From: Salinivirgaceae bacterium
GTDB lineage: Bacteria; Bacteroidota; Bacteroidia; Bacteroidales; SZUA-534
DNA length: 64,000 nucleotides
Direction of reading: 5' to 3'
NCBI GenBank assembly: GCA_024405635.1
Contig: JAKSOL010000001.1
Location: 96,001 to 160,000, forward strand
The notes beneath the pieces are model-generated. The model made no database searches. It was given only the letters and a program-made list of their open reading frames with translations, and had not been told where the DNA came from. Both the position numbers and the translations under genes were made by a program. Shown here piece after piece: positions 1-9,302 of this stretch (positions are counted from its first letter, which is position 1; each line of letters starts with the position of its first letter).

Positions 1-1167
1 AAAGCATCAATGGTGTCGATGCGCTCAATGATTAAAACTGCCAAATTCCAAGAGTCGAAAATGGAACTGCCAGTAGCCATCGGTAGAACTATTACAAACG
101 AGGTGTTTATGTTCGATTTGGCCAAAACTCCACACTTGCTTGTGGCTGGAGCAACTGGTCAAGGTAAATCGGTTGGTTTAAATGCCATTGTTACTTCTCT
201 ATTGTATAAAAAGCATCCTTCGCAACTAAAATTTGTGATGGTTGACCCTAAAATGGTTGAGTTCAGCATTTACAAGGATTTGGAAAAACACTACATGGCC
301 AAATATCCCGATGATAACCCAATTATCATTACCGATTGCGATAAAGTGAAACAAACTTTGAACTCGCTTGTGCAAGAAATGGAAGACCGATACAAGTTGC
401 TTATGGAGGCAAAATGCCGCAACATTGTTGAGTACAACAACCGTTTCATAAAACGTCAGCTTAATCCAAATAATGGACACAAGTATTTGTGCTACATTGT
501 AATAATAATCGACGAGTTTGGCGACTTTATTATGCAAGCAGGCAAAGAAATTGAAACGCCAATTGCACGTATTGCTCAAAAAGCTCGCGCTGTTGGTATG
601 CACATGATTTTGGCAACCCAACGCCCAAGTGTCAACATTATTACTGGTATAATTAAAGCCAATGTTCCAGGTCGTATGGCATTCCGCACATCGTCAAGCA
701 TCGATAGCCGAACCATTCTTGATGCAAACGGAGCCGAGCGTCTTGTTGGTAAAGGCGATTTGCTTATTTCGCCTAACGGACAAGAACCTGAGCGTGTGCA
801 ATGTGCTTTTGTCGATACCGACGAGGTTGTAGCAATTGTTAACCACATTAAATCGCAACAAAGTTACCTTGAACCATATATGTTGCCCGAGTTGCCCGAT
901 GAAACAGGTGGCGAGGCGGCAACTTTTGATACTAGCAAGAAAGATATTTTGTTTGAGGAAGTTGCGCGATTTGTTGTTTCAACTCAAACAGGTTCAACGT
1001 CAAACATTCAGCGTAAATTCGAAATTGGTTATAACCGTGCTGGTCGCATTATGGATCAGTTGGAAGGTGCGGGCATTGTGGGACCACAAGAGGGCAGCAA
1101 ACCTCGTCGCGTGCAGATTCAAGATGAATTTTCGCTTGACCAACTTTTAGCAGCAATATCACGATGA
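1..1167 (+). CDS. ftsK: DNA translocase FtsK, C-terminal part (5' end outside window)
   Basis: PHLLVAGATGQGKS Walker A, IIIDEFGD Walker B, ATQRPS, and gamma domain (QRKFEIGYNRAGRIMDQLE). Confidence 0.95.
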   Translation, partial: KASMVSMRSMIKTAKFQESKMELPVAIGRTITNEVFMFDLAKTPHLLVAGATGQGKSVGLNAIVTSLLYKKHPSQLKFVMVDPKMVEFSIYKDLEKHYMAKYPDDNPIIITDCDKVKQTLNSLVQEMEDRYKLLMEAKCRNIVEYNNRFIKRQLNPNNGHKYLCYIVIIIDEFGDFIMQAGKEIETPIARIAQKARAVGMHMILATQRPSVNIITGIIKANVPGRMAFRTSSSIDSRTILDANGAERLVGKGDLLISPNGQEPERVQCAFVDTDEVVAIVNHIKSQQSYLEPYMLPELPDETGGEAATFDTSKKDILFEEVARFVVSTQTGSTSNIQRKFEIGYNRAGRIMDQLEGAGIVGPQEGSKPRRVQIQDEFSLDQLLAAISR

Positions 1168-1823
1168 AAAAACTATTGTTAATAATATCGGCATTGGTTG
1201 CTTCAACCTTTGCTAATGCCCAAGTTGATGAAGGTCGTCAACTGCTCGATAAAGTGGCGCAAAAGGCTAACAGCTACAAGAATATTTGCGCCGATTTTGT
1301 TTATGATTATGAGAATTTGGCCGAAGAAAAAACTGAAAGCCAACAAGGTACCTTGCTAATTAAGGGTAAAAAATTCCATATCGATTTTGAAGGTACAAGC
1401 ATTTTTAGCGATGGAAAAAGTCGTTGGGTTTACCTTAAAGAAAGCAACGAGGTTACCATTACCAAAATTGAAACCAAAGAATCGGACACTCCTGAAGATA
1501 GATTGCTAAGCGACCCAATGTCGTTGTTCTCATATCATAAAAATGGGTTCAAATATTTGTTGGTAGGTACCGAAATGGTTGCTGGCAAACAAATGCAAGT
1601 GGCTGAAATATCGCCAATTAACAAAAATCAAAAACTATTTAAGGTTAAGTATTGGATTGATGCAAACAACAACCTTTATCAAATAAAGTGTTTTCAAAAA
1701 GACGGAACACGCATCACTTTAACGCTAAATAACATGAAGGTGAATCAAAAAGTTGAGGATTCAAATTGCACCTTCAATGTGAGCCAATATCCTGATGTTG
1801 AGGTGATTGATATGCGCGACTAA
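1164..1823 (+). CDS. lolA: Outer-membrane lipoprotein carrier LolA family protein
   Basis: Signal peptide; GTLLIKGKKF...SDGKSRWVY..ESNEVTI motifs; ends EVIDMRD; directly follows ftsK. Confidence 0.85.
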   Translation: MKKLLLIISALVASTFANAQVDEGRQLLDKVAQKANSYKNICADFVYDYENLAEEKTESQQGTLLIKGKKFHIDFEGTSIFSDGKSRWVYLKESNEVTITKIETKESDTPEDRLLSDPMSLFSYHKNGFKYLLVGTEMVAGKQMQVAEISPINKNQKLFKVKYWIDANNNLYQIKCFQKDGTRITLTLNNMKVNQKVEDSNCTFNVSQYPDVEVIDMRD

Positions 1824-2419
1824 ACGTTGTGTCCATTGTCGCGGCGAATATCGTCAATCCATTTTTCAATTACTGGCGCTTTGTAACTTTTAAGTAAAGC
1901 AAACACCTCTTGTGGGGTATTTGCAAATAGGGCCATTGCCGAGTGCGGCTCAAGCAACATTTTGCTGCTAACCATGTGATTTAGTTGCTGTTGCAAATAA
2001 CTGTAATAGTTTAGTGTATTGAGAAATACAACAGGTTTTTTGTGAAATCCAAGTTGAGCAGCGGTAAGTACTTCAAAAGTTTCTTCTAATGTTCCAAAAC
2101 CACCAGGCATTATTACAAAAGCATCGGCCAATTCTGCCATTTTTGCTTTGCGCTCTTGCATAGTTTCAACCACAATAAGTTCTTTTAGTCCTTGTTGGGT
2201 TAAGTGTTTTTGGGCTAAAAAGGTAGTTATAACGCCCGTAACTTCGGCACCACCTTGTATGGCTGCCTCGGCACAACAACGCATTAAACCCACATTGGCA
2301 CCGCCATAAATCATGCCAAAACCTTGTTTGGCAATAAGTTGTCCCAACTCGGTAGCTACCTTAGCATACTCGGGTTTGTCGCCCAAATTTGAACTACAAA
2401 ACACACAAACGTTGTACAT
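1820..2419 (-). CDS. LOG family (TIGR00730) Rossmann-fold phosphoribohydrolase
   Basis: VCVFCSS, YGGANVGLM, MQERK, PGGFGTLEE; likely start ATG 2419 (MYNV). Confidence 0.9.
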   Translation of the reverse strand: MYNVCVFCSSNLGDKPEYAKVATELGQLIAKQGFGMIYGGANVGLMRCCAEAAIQGGAEVTGVITTFLAQKHLTQQGLKELIVVETMQERKAKMAELADAFVIMPGGFGTLEETFEVLTAAQLGFHKKPVVFLNTLNYYSYLQQQLNHMVSSKMLLEPHSAMALFANTPQEVFALLKSYKAPVIEKWIDDIRRDNGHNV

Positions 2420-2462
2420 AGTTTCATGTTGATGATGTTTTTGCAAAGGAACGAAAAAGATG
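2410..2462. repeat. 53-bp direct repeat, left copy (left boundary of Rhs island)
   Basis: cgttgtacatagtttcatgttgatgatgtttttgcaaaggaacgaaaaagatg matches 9303-9355 with 2 mismatches. Confidence 0.92.
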
Positions 2463-2574
2463 GTAGTAAAGGTAATATTCCTATAATAGGTTTTTAATTA
2501 ACGATTTTGAGTTGATACATGATTATACTTTACAACAAAAACATTCGCAACATTTAATAATTTGATACACAATC

Positions 2575-3855
2575 ATGCGACTCACAAAAGAGACTACTGG
2601 CAGCCAGTCAATAGCATATACCTACGACAGTTATAACCGCATCACAAAAAAGTCATACGTAATTGATGGCACAACCCTGAATTTTACCTATACTTACAAC
2701 TCCAACGGGCAACTATCTTCAAAAACATTCCCCGACGGCATGACCGAAAACTACACATACGATAGCTACGGCAACCTATCATGCATTAAGATGGGCTCAA
2801 CCCGTGTGTGGGAGCTTGATAGCTACAATGGTACAACACGCTCGGCATATCTCGGCACGGCACCTTTGACGCATACAAAAAGCTATTCAACTAAAGGATT
2901 GCTCACAGGCACCTCAATAAAAAACGGCAGCACAACGCTCCACAGCTTTAGCTACACCATTGATGGCACCACAGGCAACCTTACTGCACGCACTGGCATG
3001 AACGGCTCTGAGAGTTTCACCTACGACCAGTTTGACCGACTTACAAACGCAAAGGTTGGCAGTACCGACAATAAGGTAACTTACAAGTTAACTGGCAACA
3101 TAAACAGCAAAACTAGCTTAGGCACATACTCCTACGATGCCACCAAGAAGCATGCCGTAACTAACATTGCTAACCTTAAGCCAACCAACCAAACCGTAAC
3201 CTACAACGCATTCAACAAGGTGGCTAAAGTGGAAACCAACAGTGCCACGCTAACCATAACCTACGGCCCCAACAGGCAACGGGTTAAAACCTACTACACA
3301 ACCAGTGGTGTAACCCAAACCACGCTCTATGCCGATAACTACGAGCAGCGCACCGTAAACGGTACCGTGAGCACCTACCACTACGTGAGCAGTCCCGACG
3401 GACTGGTGGCAATATACGTAAAGAAAGGCACGGCGGCAATGACTCCCTATTACGTTGAGACCTACCACCTCGGCAGTATCTGCAAGATATACAACGCCGC
3501 AGGCACCAAGCAGTTTGATGCCACCTATGACGCATGGGGCAAGCAAACCGTAAACGTCAACTACATAGGCATAACCCGCGGCTACACTGGCCACGAGCAC
3601 TGGAACCAGTTTGGCTTGATAGACATGAACGGCAGGTTTTATGACCCAGTAGTAGGCCGTTTCCTCAGCCCCGACCCTTACGTGCAAGACCCCACCAACC
3701 TGCAGAACTTTAACCGCTACTCGTATTGCTTAAACAACCCACTGAAGTATAATGACCCGAGCGGGGAATGGATATTGACATGGGGTATTAATAAAGGAGG
3801 ATTTAGTATTGGCTTGAATTTCGCGCCATATCCTGTTGGCTTTGGAATCCAATAG
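2575..3855 (+). pseudogene. Rhs/YD-repeat protein fragment (N-truncated core, toxin tip largely missing)
   Basis: YD repeats, [50 protein letters not shown]; starts mid-repeat; only 29 aa after DPSGE. Confidence 0.8.
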
Positions 3856-3918
3856 GCGGTCACATGCGCGGACCAACCTCTTTCCTAAAAATTGGTTCAA
3901 TCTTTTAACCTCACAGAA

Positions 3919-4533
3919 ATGAAAAATATATTGCTATTATTAATAATGTTAGTAAGTTTTTCTGTTCAATCTCAAGATTGCGAATCTGCATTTATTGAAA
4001 GATTTACAAAGGCTTACACCAAAAATCAGAAATGGTTAAACAAGAAAGCTAAGAAAATATACCGCAATCATGGTAATGCTGATAGTGATAGCGTTAGCTT
4101 TATATTTGAAGTTGAAGTCTGGGCTAGTAAATTTAAAGAATGCGATTACAATCCAGATATTGTTCTTTGTAAAATAGATTATTGGAACAAGAGATATACA
4201 TATGCATTAGTATTTAAGGATACTCATTTTAAGGGTATAATAGATATTTTTGATGAAGTTTATCACGATAGTGCTTTTGTTAATACATACTTCAAAGCAC
4301 ATTATAAACTATTTGAAGAGCTAAGGAATAATAAAATCGATTTGGCTTTCGACATCAATGGATTTGGAGGAAATTGTTATTGGTATATTGCAAATGAAAA
4401 ATTATTTGTGTTGGCTCATTCTGAAAACGATAATGGCTACAAAATATATAATGCAAGTTCATATATGCACACTGTATATGACCCTCTAATGGCTCTTTTC
4501 GGAAGAAACAAGCGATTTAAAACGAAATACTAA
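3919..4533 (+). CDS. Putative exported immunity protein 1
   Basis: Directly after Rhs fragment; signal peptide MKNILLLLIMLVSFSVQS from ATG 3919; AT-rich. Confidence 0.6.
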   Translation: MKNILLLLIMLVSFSVQSQDCESAFIERFTKAYTKNQKWLNKKAKKIYRNHGNADSDSVSFIFEVEVWASKFKECDYNPDIVLCKIDYWNKRYTYALVFKDTHFKGIIDIFDEVYHDSAFVNTYFKAHYKLFEELRNNKIDLAFDINGFGGNCYWYIANEKLFVLAHSENDNGYKIYNASSYMHTVYDPLMALFGRNKRFKTKY

Positions 4534-4557
4534 CGATAATGAACTATACATGCACCT

Positions 4558-5823
4558 TTGGGAGTGTGTATAGTTCAATTTTTTAAAATGATATCAGTTA
4601 CAAGCATCTCATATTTTCAAGAGCAAGACTCAACCACAACCTCATACTACGTTGAAACCGACCATCTTGGCAGCATCTGCAAAATATACGATGCCGCAGG
4701 CTCCAAGCAATACGACGCTACCTACGATGCATGGGGCAAGCAGACAGTTAATTACAACACGCTTGGCCTCACCCGAGGCTACTGCGCCCACGAGCATTGG
4801 AACCAGTTTGGCTTGATAGACATGAACGGCCGTTTCCTCAGCCCCGACCCATACGTACAAGACCCCACCAACCTGCAGAACTTTAACCGCTACTCGTATT
4901 GCCTAAACAACCCACTGAAGTATAATGACCCGAGCGGGGAGTCTGCCGTATTGACTGCCGCAATTATAGGCGCAGTTGTTGGAACATATATAGGTGGAAT
5001 AATGGCAAACAACACATACAATCCTATTAAATGGAACTATAACGAACTCAAAACATGGGGCTATATGGGCGGTGGTGCAATAGTTGGTGCAGCTAGCGGT
5101 GCGGCGGGTGCCTACGTAGGAAGCACCGTAGGAGGTTATTTTGCAGGGTCAAGTTTTGTAGCAGGAGCGGCATCGGGCGCAGCGGCTGGAGCAGTTAGCG
5201 GCACTATTTCAGGAGCTGGGTATTCTTGGCTTAATGGAGCCTCTTTTAGACAAGGTGTTTGGAAAGGCTTTATTGGTGGCAATGTTGGTGGGCTAACTGG
5301 CGGTGTAATGGGAGGCTTGGCTGGAGGCATATCAGCATATAACAATGATTGCAATTTCTGGAATGGCAAACCAAACACATTGTTAGATGAAATAGATTAC
5401 AATCTTCCATTTTGCCCAAATGAAGGTAGTAATGATTGTTTTGTAAAATCGGCCGAAGCTATTGAGAGCAAATTTGCCGAAAACCCTAGAACTTCTACAC
5501 AATTAAGAACTAGTATTGGGAAGACAAAAAATGAATTGGTTAGTGTTGAGGATATGCAAAACAAAGCTGGATACAGGTTTACTACAACAAAGGACCGCTG
5601 TCAAGCATTTGAAAAGCTAAAAAATGGAAAACTATCTTTTCATGCAACAGATTGGGGAGACGGCACTGGACATATGACAGCTGTTAATAAAATGCAAATG
5701 TGGCAACGAGCAAACGGTAAATTATATTTCCGATTATTTACTATGGATTCTGCAAAAGGACAATATTCAAGAACATTAATAAATCGCTTTTACTTCGTTG
5801 AAGCCATCAGCCGAAACTTTTAA
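4558..5823 (+). CDS. Orphan Rhs core fragment + Gly-rich linker + papain-like toxin tip
   Basis: Core homology begins ~4644 (YYVETDHLGS); DPSGE; tip with NDCFVKS, GHMTAV, TMDS; true start uncertain. Confidence 0.75.
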   Translation: MGVCIVQFFKMISVTSISYFQEQDSTTTSYYVETDHLGSICKIYDAAGSKQYDATYDAWGKQTVNYNTLGLTRGYCAHEHWNQFGLIDMNGRFLSPDPYVQDPTNLQNFNRYSYCLNNPLKYNDPSGESAVLTAAIIGAVVGTYIGGIMANNTYNPIKWNYNELKTWGYMGGGAIVGAASGAAGAYVGSTVGGYFAGSSFVAGAASGAAAGAVSGTISGAGYSWLNGASFRQGVWKGFIGGNVGGLTGGVMGGLAGGISAYNNDCNFWNGKPNTLLDEIDYNLPFCPNEGSNDCFVKSAEAIESKFAENPRTSTQLRTSIGKTKNELVSVEDMQNKAGYRFTTTKDRCQAFEKLKNGKLSFHATDWGDGTGHMTAVNKMQMWQRANGKLYFRLFTMDSAKGQYSRTLINRFYFVEAISRNF

Positions 5824-5835
5824 TAACAGCTTACC

Positions 5836-6507
5836 ATGAAAAAAATTATAAATCTAATAGTCTGCATGTTTGCTATTACTTGTAATGCTCAAAAAATTAA
5901 ATACACTGAACGCGATATAGCAATAATTGACTCTTTGGCGAAAAAGGCTTTCGAAAAATGTATAACTAAAAACCAAATACAATCGATAGAAAAAATAGAC
6001 CGTTCTTTATTTGAAGGATCCAAATTAATAGCAATACCTACTTGTAAAATACACAATGAACAATATTGGGTTATTGACACCTCACATGTTCCTTATTTGT
6101 CATTAATAATGAAAGATGAATCTTGCATTGGTGTTGTTAGTTCTGACGATTGTAACAATAGTTATATTGATGTAAACTATTGCTACAAAAAGAATTTAGG
6201 GGGTTGTTCTAATGTTGGTCATATGGTAAATATTATTACCAATACAAAAGATAGTTTGATATTCAGCCTAAGAGGAACTGATGATAAAATACTTTTTATG
6301 TATAATCAAGACGAAATCAAATATGTTGATATAGTTGCCGATTATATTGAAAATGAAGAAGTATATAATTCAGTTTCATTTGATATTAGAATGGTATCAT
6401 TTAAATCATTAGATCAAATATCAAATTGTGGATTGCCAACAAGAGAAAAAAAGAAAAATTCAAAAAAGAATTTGCGACATCCACTAGAGAGTATTCTCTA
6501 CGATTAA
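5836..6507 (+). CDS. Putative exported immunity protein 2
   Basis: 12 bp after toxin stop; signal peptide MKKIINLIVCMFAITCNAQ; Cys-rich; AT-rich. Confidence 0.6.
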   Translation: MKKIINLIVCMFAITCNAQKIKYTERDIAIIDSLAKKAFEKCITKNQIQSIEKIDRSLFEGSKLIAIPTCKIHNEQYWVIDTSHVPYLSLIMKDESCIGVVSSDDCNNSYIDVNYCYKKNLGGCSNVGHMVNIITNTKDSLIFSLRGTDDKILFMYNQDEIKYVDIVADYIENEEVYNSVSFDIRMVSFKSLDQISNCGLPTREKKKNSKKNLRHPLESILYD

Positions 6508-6525
6508 CGAGTTAGTTCATTTTAT

Positions 6526-6561
6526 TAAGCCGCAAGCGGAGTAATTTCTGCTTGCGGCTTA
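6526..6561 (+). terminator. Hairpin after immunity gene 2 (homologous to 9229-9265)
   Basis: taagccgcaagcgga-gtaatt-tctgcttgcggctta inverted repeat. Confidence 0.65.
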
Positions 6562-7808
6562 TTACTAAAAAACAACTTTTGAATATAACTTACACATATA
6601 ACTACAAGCAAACCGTAAACGTTAACTACATTGGCATAACCCGCGGCTACACAGGCCACGAGCACTGGAACCAGTTTGGTCTTATTGACATGAATTTTGC
6701 GATTGAGCGAGAGCAGAGTGAATATGTGGTAACATATTCAGCTATGCCGAGCGTGAGCAAAATGGGCGAAGCCAACTTCGGCCGTTTCTACGACCCAGTA
6801 GTAGGCCGCTTTCTCAGTCCCGACCCTTACGTGCAAGACCCAAGCAACCCGCAGAACTTCAACCGCTACTCGTATTGCTTAAATAACCCGCTGAAGTATA
6901 ATGACCCTAGTGGGGAATCTGCCGTATTGACGGCCGCAATTATAGGCGCAGTTATTGGAACATATATAGGAGGAACAATGGCAAACAACACTTATAATCC
7001 CATTAAATGGAACTATAGCGAACTCAAAACATGGGGATACATGGGCGGAGGTGCAATAGTTGGTGCGGCTAGCGGTGCAGCTGGTGCCTATGTTGGAAGC
7101 ACCGTAGGAGGTTATTTTGCCAGTTCGAGTTTCGTTGCAGGATCTGCTTCGGGCGCAGCTGCTGGTGCCGTTGGTGGTACAATTTCAGGAGCTGGATATT
7201 CTTGGCTAGATGGAGCCTCTTTTAAACAAGGTGCTTGGAAAGGTTTTGTTAGCGGTAATGTTGGTGCTCTTACTGGCGGCTTGCTTGGTGGAATCGTTGG
7301 TGGCATTGATGCATATTGCGACGGCCGAAATGCGTGGACAGGCAAAGAAGTTGCCATGGGACGATCAAGGTTGGCTTTTAACAATACAGATTTGCTTGCA
7401 AACAAATACCAAGTTGGGCCAGGAGAAGTGCGAAATGCAAATTATATAAATGAAGAAATGGCGAGCTCCAATCCAAAATATGACTATGCCAAATATGGTA
7501 AAGTTGATAAAAATGGCTTATCAACTGGTACTATTTCAAAGTACCAAAATTACACAATGGAAAGTAGAGAATATGAAGTGTTTCAGAATTTTAAAGGCAG
7601 GGCTTATTTGGAAGTAAAAAGCACAGGTACATTTGATGTTTCATTCAGTTTAGATGGTAAAATTATTACACCAGATTCAAATGGATTATTCCACTTACCC
7701 CAAGGATGTAAATTACTGCAAATAAATATGATTAGGTCAGAAACTTCATCTATGATAAATGCGGTTTCACCTCTTAGATTTACAATTCAAGGCTACTCAA
7801 TTCCTTAA
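6552..7808 (+). CDS. Orphan Rhs core fragment + Gly-rich linker + unclassified toxin tip
   Basis: Core homology from ~6606 ([20 protein letters not shown]); DPSGE; linker near-identical to 4939-5360; listed TTG start lies inside the hairpin and is doubtful. Confidence 0.75.
   Translation: MRLITKKQLLNITYTYNYKQTVNVNYIGITRGYTGHEHWNQFGLIDMNFAIEREQSEYVVTYSAMPSVSKMGEANFGRFYDPVVGRFLSPDPYVQDPSNPQNFNRYSYCLNNPLKYNDPSGESAVLTAAIIGAVIGTYIGGTMANNTYNPIKWNYSELKTWGYMGGGAIVGAASGAAGAYVGSTVGGYFASSSFVAGSASGAAAGAVGGTISGAGYSWLDGASFKQGAWKGFVSGNVGALTGGLLGGIVGGIDAYCDGRNAWTGKEVAMGRSRLAFNNTDLLANKYQVGPGEVRNANYINEEMASSNPKYDYAKYGKVDKNGLSTGTISKYQNYTMESREYEVFQNFKGRAYLEVKSTGTFDVSFSLDGKIITPDSNGLFHLPQGCKLLQINMIRSETSSMINAVSPLRFTIQGYSIP
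6696..6779. repeat. 84-bp in-frame palindromic insertion in Rhs core
   Basis: 28 extra codons between DMN and GRFYDP relative to the first Rhs fragment; nested inverted repeats ATTTTGC/GCAAAAT and TGAATATGT/ACATATTCA. Confidence 0.85.
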
Positions 7809-7822
7809 ATAAGTGTTTAAAA

Positions 7823-8512
7823 ATGAACAATTTTATATACGCAAAGAACATACTTGTAAGTTTGTTCTTGTTACTTCCATTTTTTTCAATGTCACAATCA
7901 GATGAAATTGGTTGGGCAATATTCAATTATCCCCAAAATATTACGATTAACGGGGCAAAATACACATATCATTATGCAAATGGTGATGAGGCAGAAACAG
8001 ATTCGTTACTTTATGAACCAAACGAATATTTTAAGTTCTTTCCTAAAAATCATAAACTTAATGAATTGGACACTATGGATTTTGTGTATGGTTCAAGGAA
8101 AGTTCATAAAGTTTACGGGAAGAAAATTCAGTACAATAAGCAACATGATTATGTGTCATTTTTATCTTGGAACGAAGGCACTGAATACCTACTAATTACG
8201 TTTAAAGAGAAGGATTTGTTTATTGAATATTGCGATTCAACCATTAAGTCACCTAATAGCATTGCGATGGTAAAAAGAATGAATAAAGTTAGAAGTGTTA
8301 TTGTAAAGAGTAAGATTAAAAAAATAGAGAAACTAAGCCACAACATTGAGTACAATGCTGAATCTATTTCCACTCCCCCTATAGTTTTTGAATTGAAAAT
8401 TGGAGATAATTACAAGATATTACCCATTCTAACCTTAGACGCGCCAAAAGCATTTAAAAAATCATATAGTTTGTACAAAAGGCTAATAAATAATGCAAAA
8501 AAAGGCATATGA
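7823..8512 (+). CDS. Putative exported immunity protein 3
   Basis: 14 bp after toxin stop; hydrophobic N-terminus ILVSLFLLLPFFSMSQ; AT-rich. Confidence 0.6.
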   Translation: MNNFIYAKNILVSLFLLLPFFSMSQSDEIGWAIFNYPQNITINGAKYTYHYANGDEAETDSLLYEPNEYFKFFPKNHKLNELDTMDFVYGSRKVHKVYGKKIQYNKQHDYVSFLSWNEGTEYLLITFKEKDLFIEYCDSTIKSPNSIAMVKRMNKVRSVIVKSKIKKIEKLSHNIEYNAESISTPPIVFELKIGDNYKILPILTLDAPKAFKKSYSLYKRLINNAKKGI

Positions 8513-8640
8513 CTGCTGTAAATAAAATGCAAATGTGGCAACGAACTAATGGTAAAATTTATTATCGCTTATTTACAATGGATTCGGCCAAAGGACAATA
8601 CACAAGAACCGCTATTAATCGGTTTTATTGTTGAAGCGAT
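8509..8640 (+). pseudogene. Remnant paralog of the papain-like toxin tip
   Basis: MTAVNKMQMWQRTNGKIYYRLFTMDSAKGQYTRTAINRFY, similar to 5673-5805. Confidence 0.85.
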
Positions 8641-8750
8641 AAGAACATGACTTTAGATGTTACTTAAAATCATTTACTTCACGCTCAAATGTATTTACGC
8701 TCTGCTGGAGTGCGCCCTTTGCTTTATTCTTACTATTTAAACCAATAAAC

Positions 8751-9202
8751 ATGAAACTCCTAAGTATCATTATAATGATTTGCAGCATCGGATCAACAAT
8801 AAAGTCAGATATCGATTTAATGAACTAAGCGAAGTTCAGCTATACTCTTATTTCACAGAACAAGGGGCCCGAAAACTTGAACTCAATTCTAAATTTGATG
8901 AATTCAAAAGAGATTCAATAAATAAAATAACTATTGAGCAAGAAGACGTACAAGTAATTAGACAAATTTTGTCAACCGCAGAGAGATACAAATTAAAAGG
9001 TGATAAGGTTGGAATAAACTTATTGTATTTTGATTTTATTTTTTCTTCAAGCACTAATTCTCAGCAGTTTATATTAGTAAACAATAGCAGTTTTATCGAC
9101 TTAAATAACAATTGTGCGTATATAGTTAACAACGATAAGCATCGTATGTGGCTTAAAGAGTTTCTAAACAAATACAGAAATGTGGTATCCTCAATATTTT
9201 GA
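8751..9202 (+). pseudogene. Putative immunity protein 4, frameshifted near 5' end
   Basis: ATG 8751 gives signal-like MKLLSIIIMICSIGS and stops at 8828; the body continues in the 8780 frame. Confidence 0.55.
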
Positions 9203-9228
9203 ATCGGAGTAACTTTATAAAAATCAAG

Positions 9229-9265
9229 AGCCGCAAGCGGAGTATTTTCAGCTTGTGGCTTATTG
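9229..9265 (+). terminator. Hairpin at end of Rhs island (homologous to 6526-6561)
   Basis: agccgcaagc...gcttgtggct-tatt. Confidence 0.6.
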
Positions 9266-9302
9266 CTATAAAAAAGCCAACAATTAAACAGAGAGAATAT
9301 TC

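Larger units (their letters stand above)
2463..9302 (+). mobile_element. Rhs polymorphic toxin/immunity cassette island without integrase
   Basis: Alternating Rhs-core/CT fragments and AT-rich signal-peptide genes between 53-bp direct repeats. Confidence 0.7.

Noticed and set aside
2575-7808. Intact T6SS- or T9SS-delivered Rhs toxin
   Set aside because: All Rhs ORFs lack N-terminal delivery regions, and no vgrG, PAAR or hcp genes are in the window.
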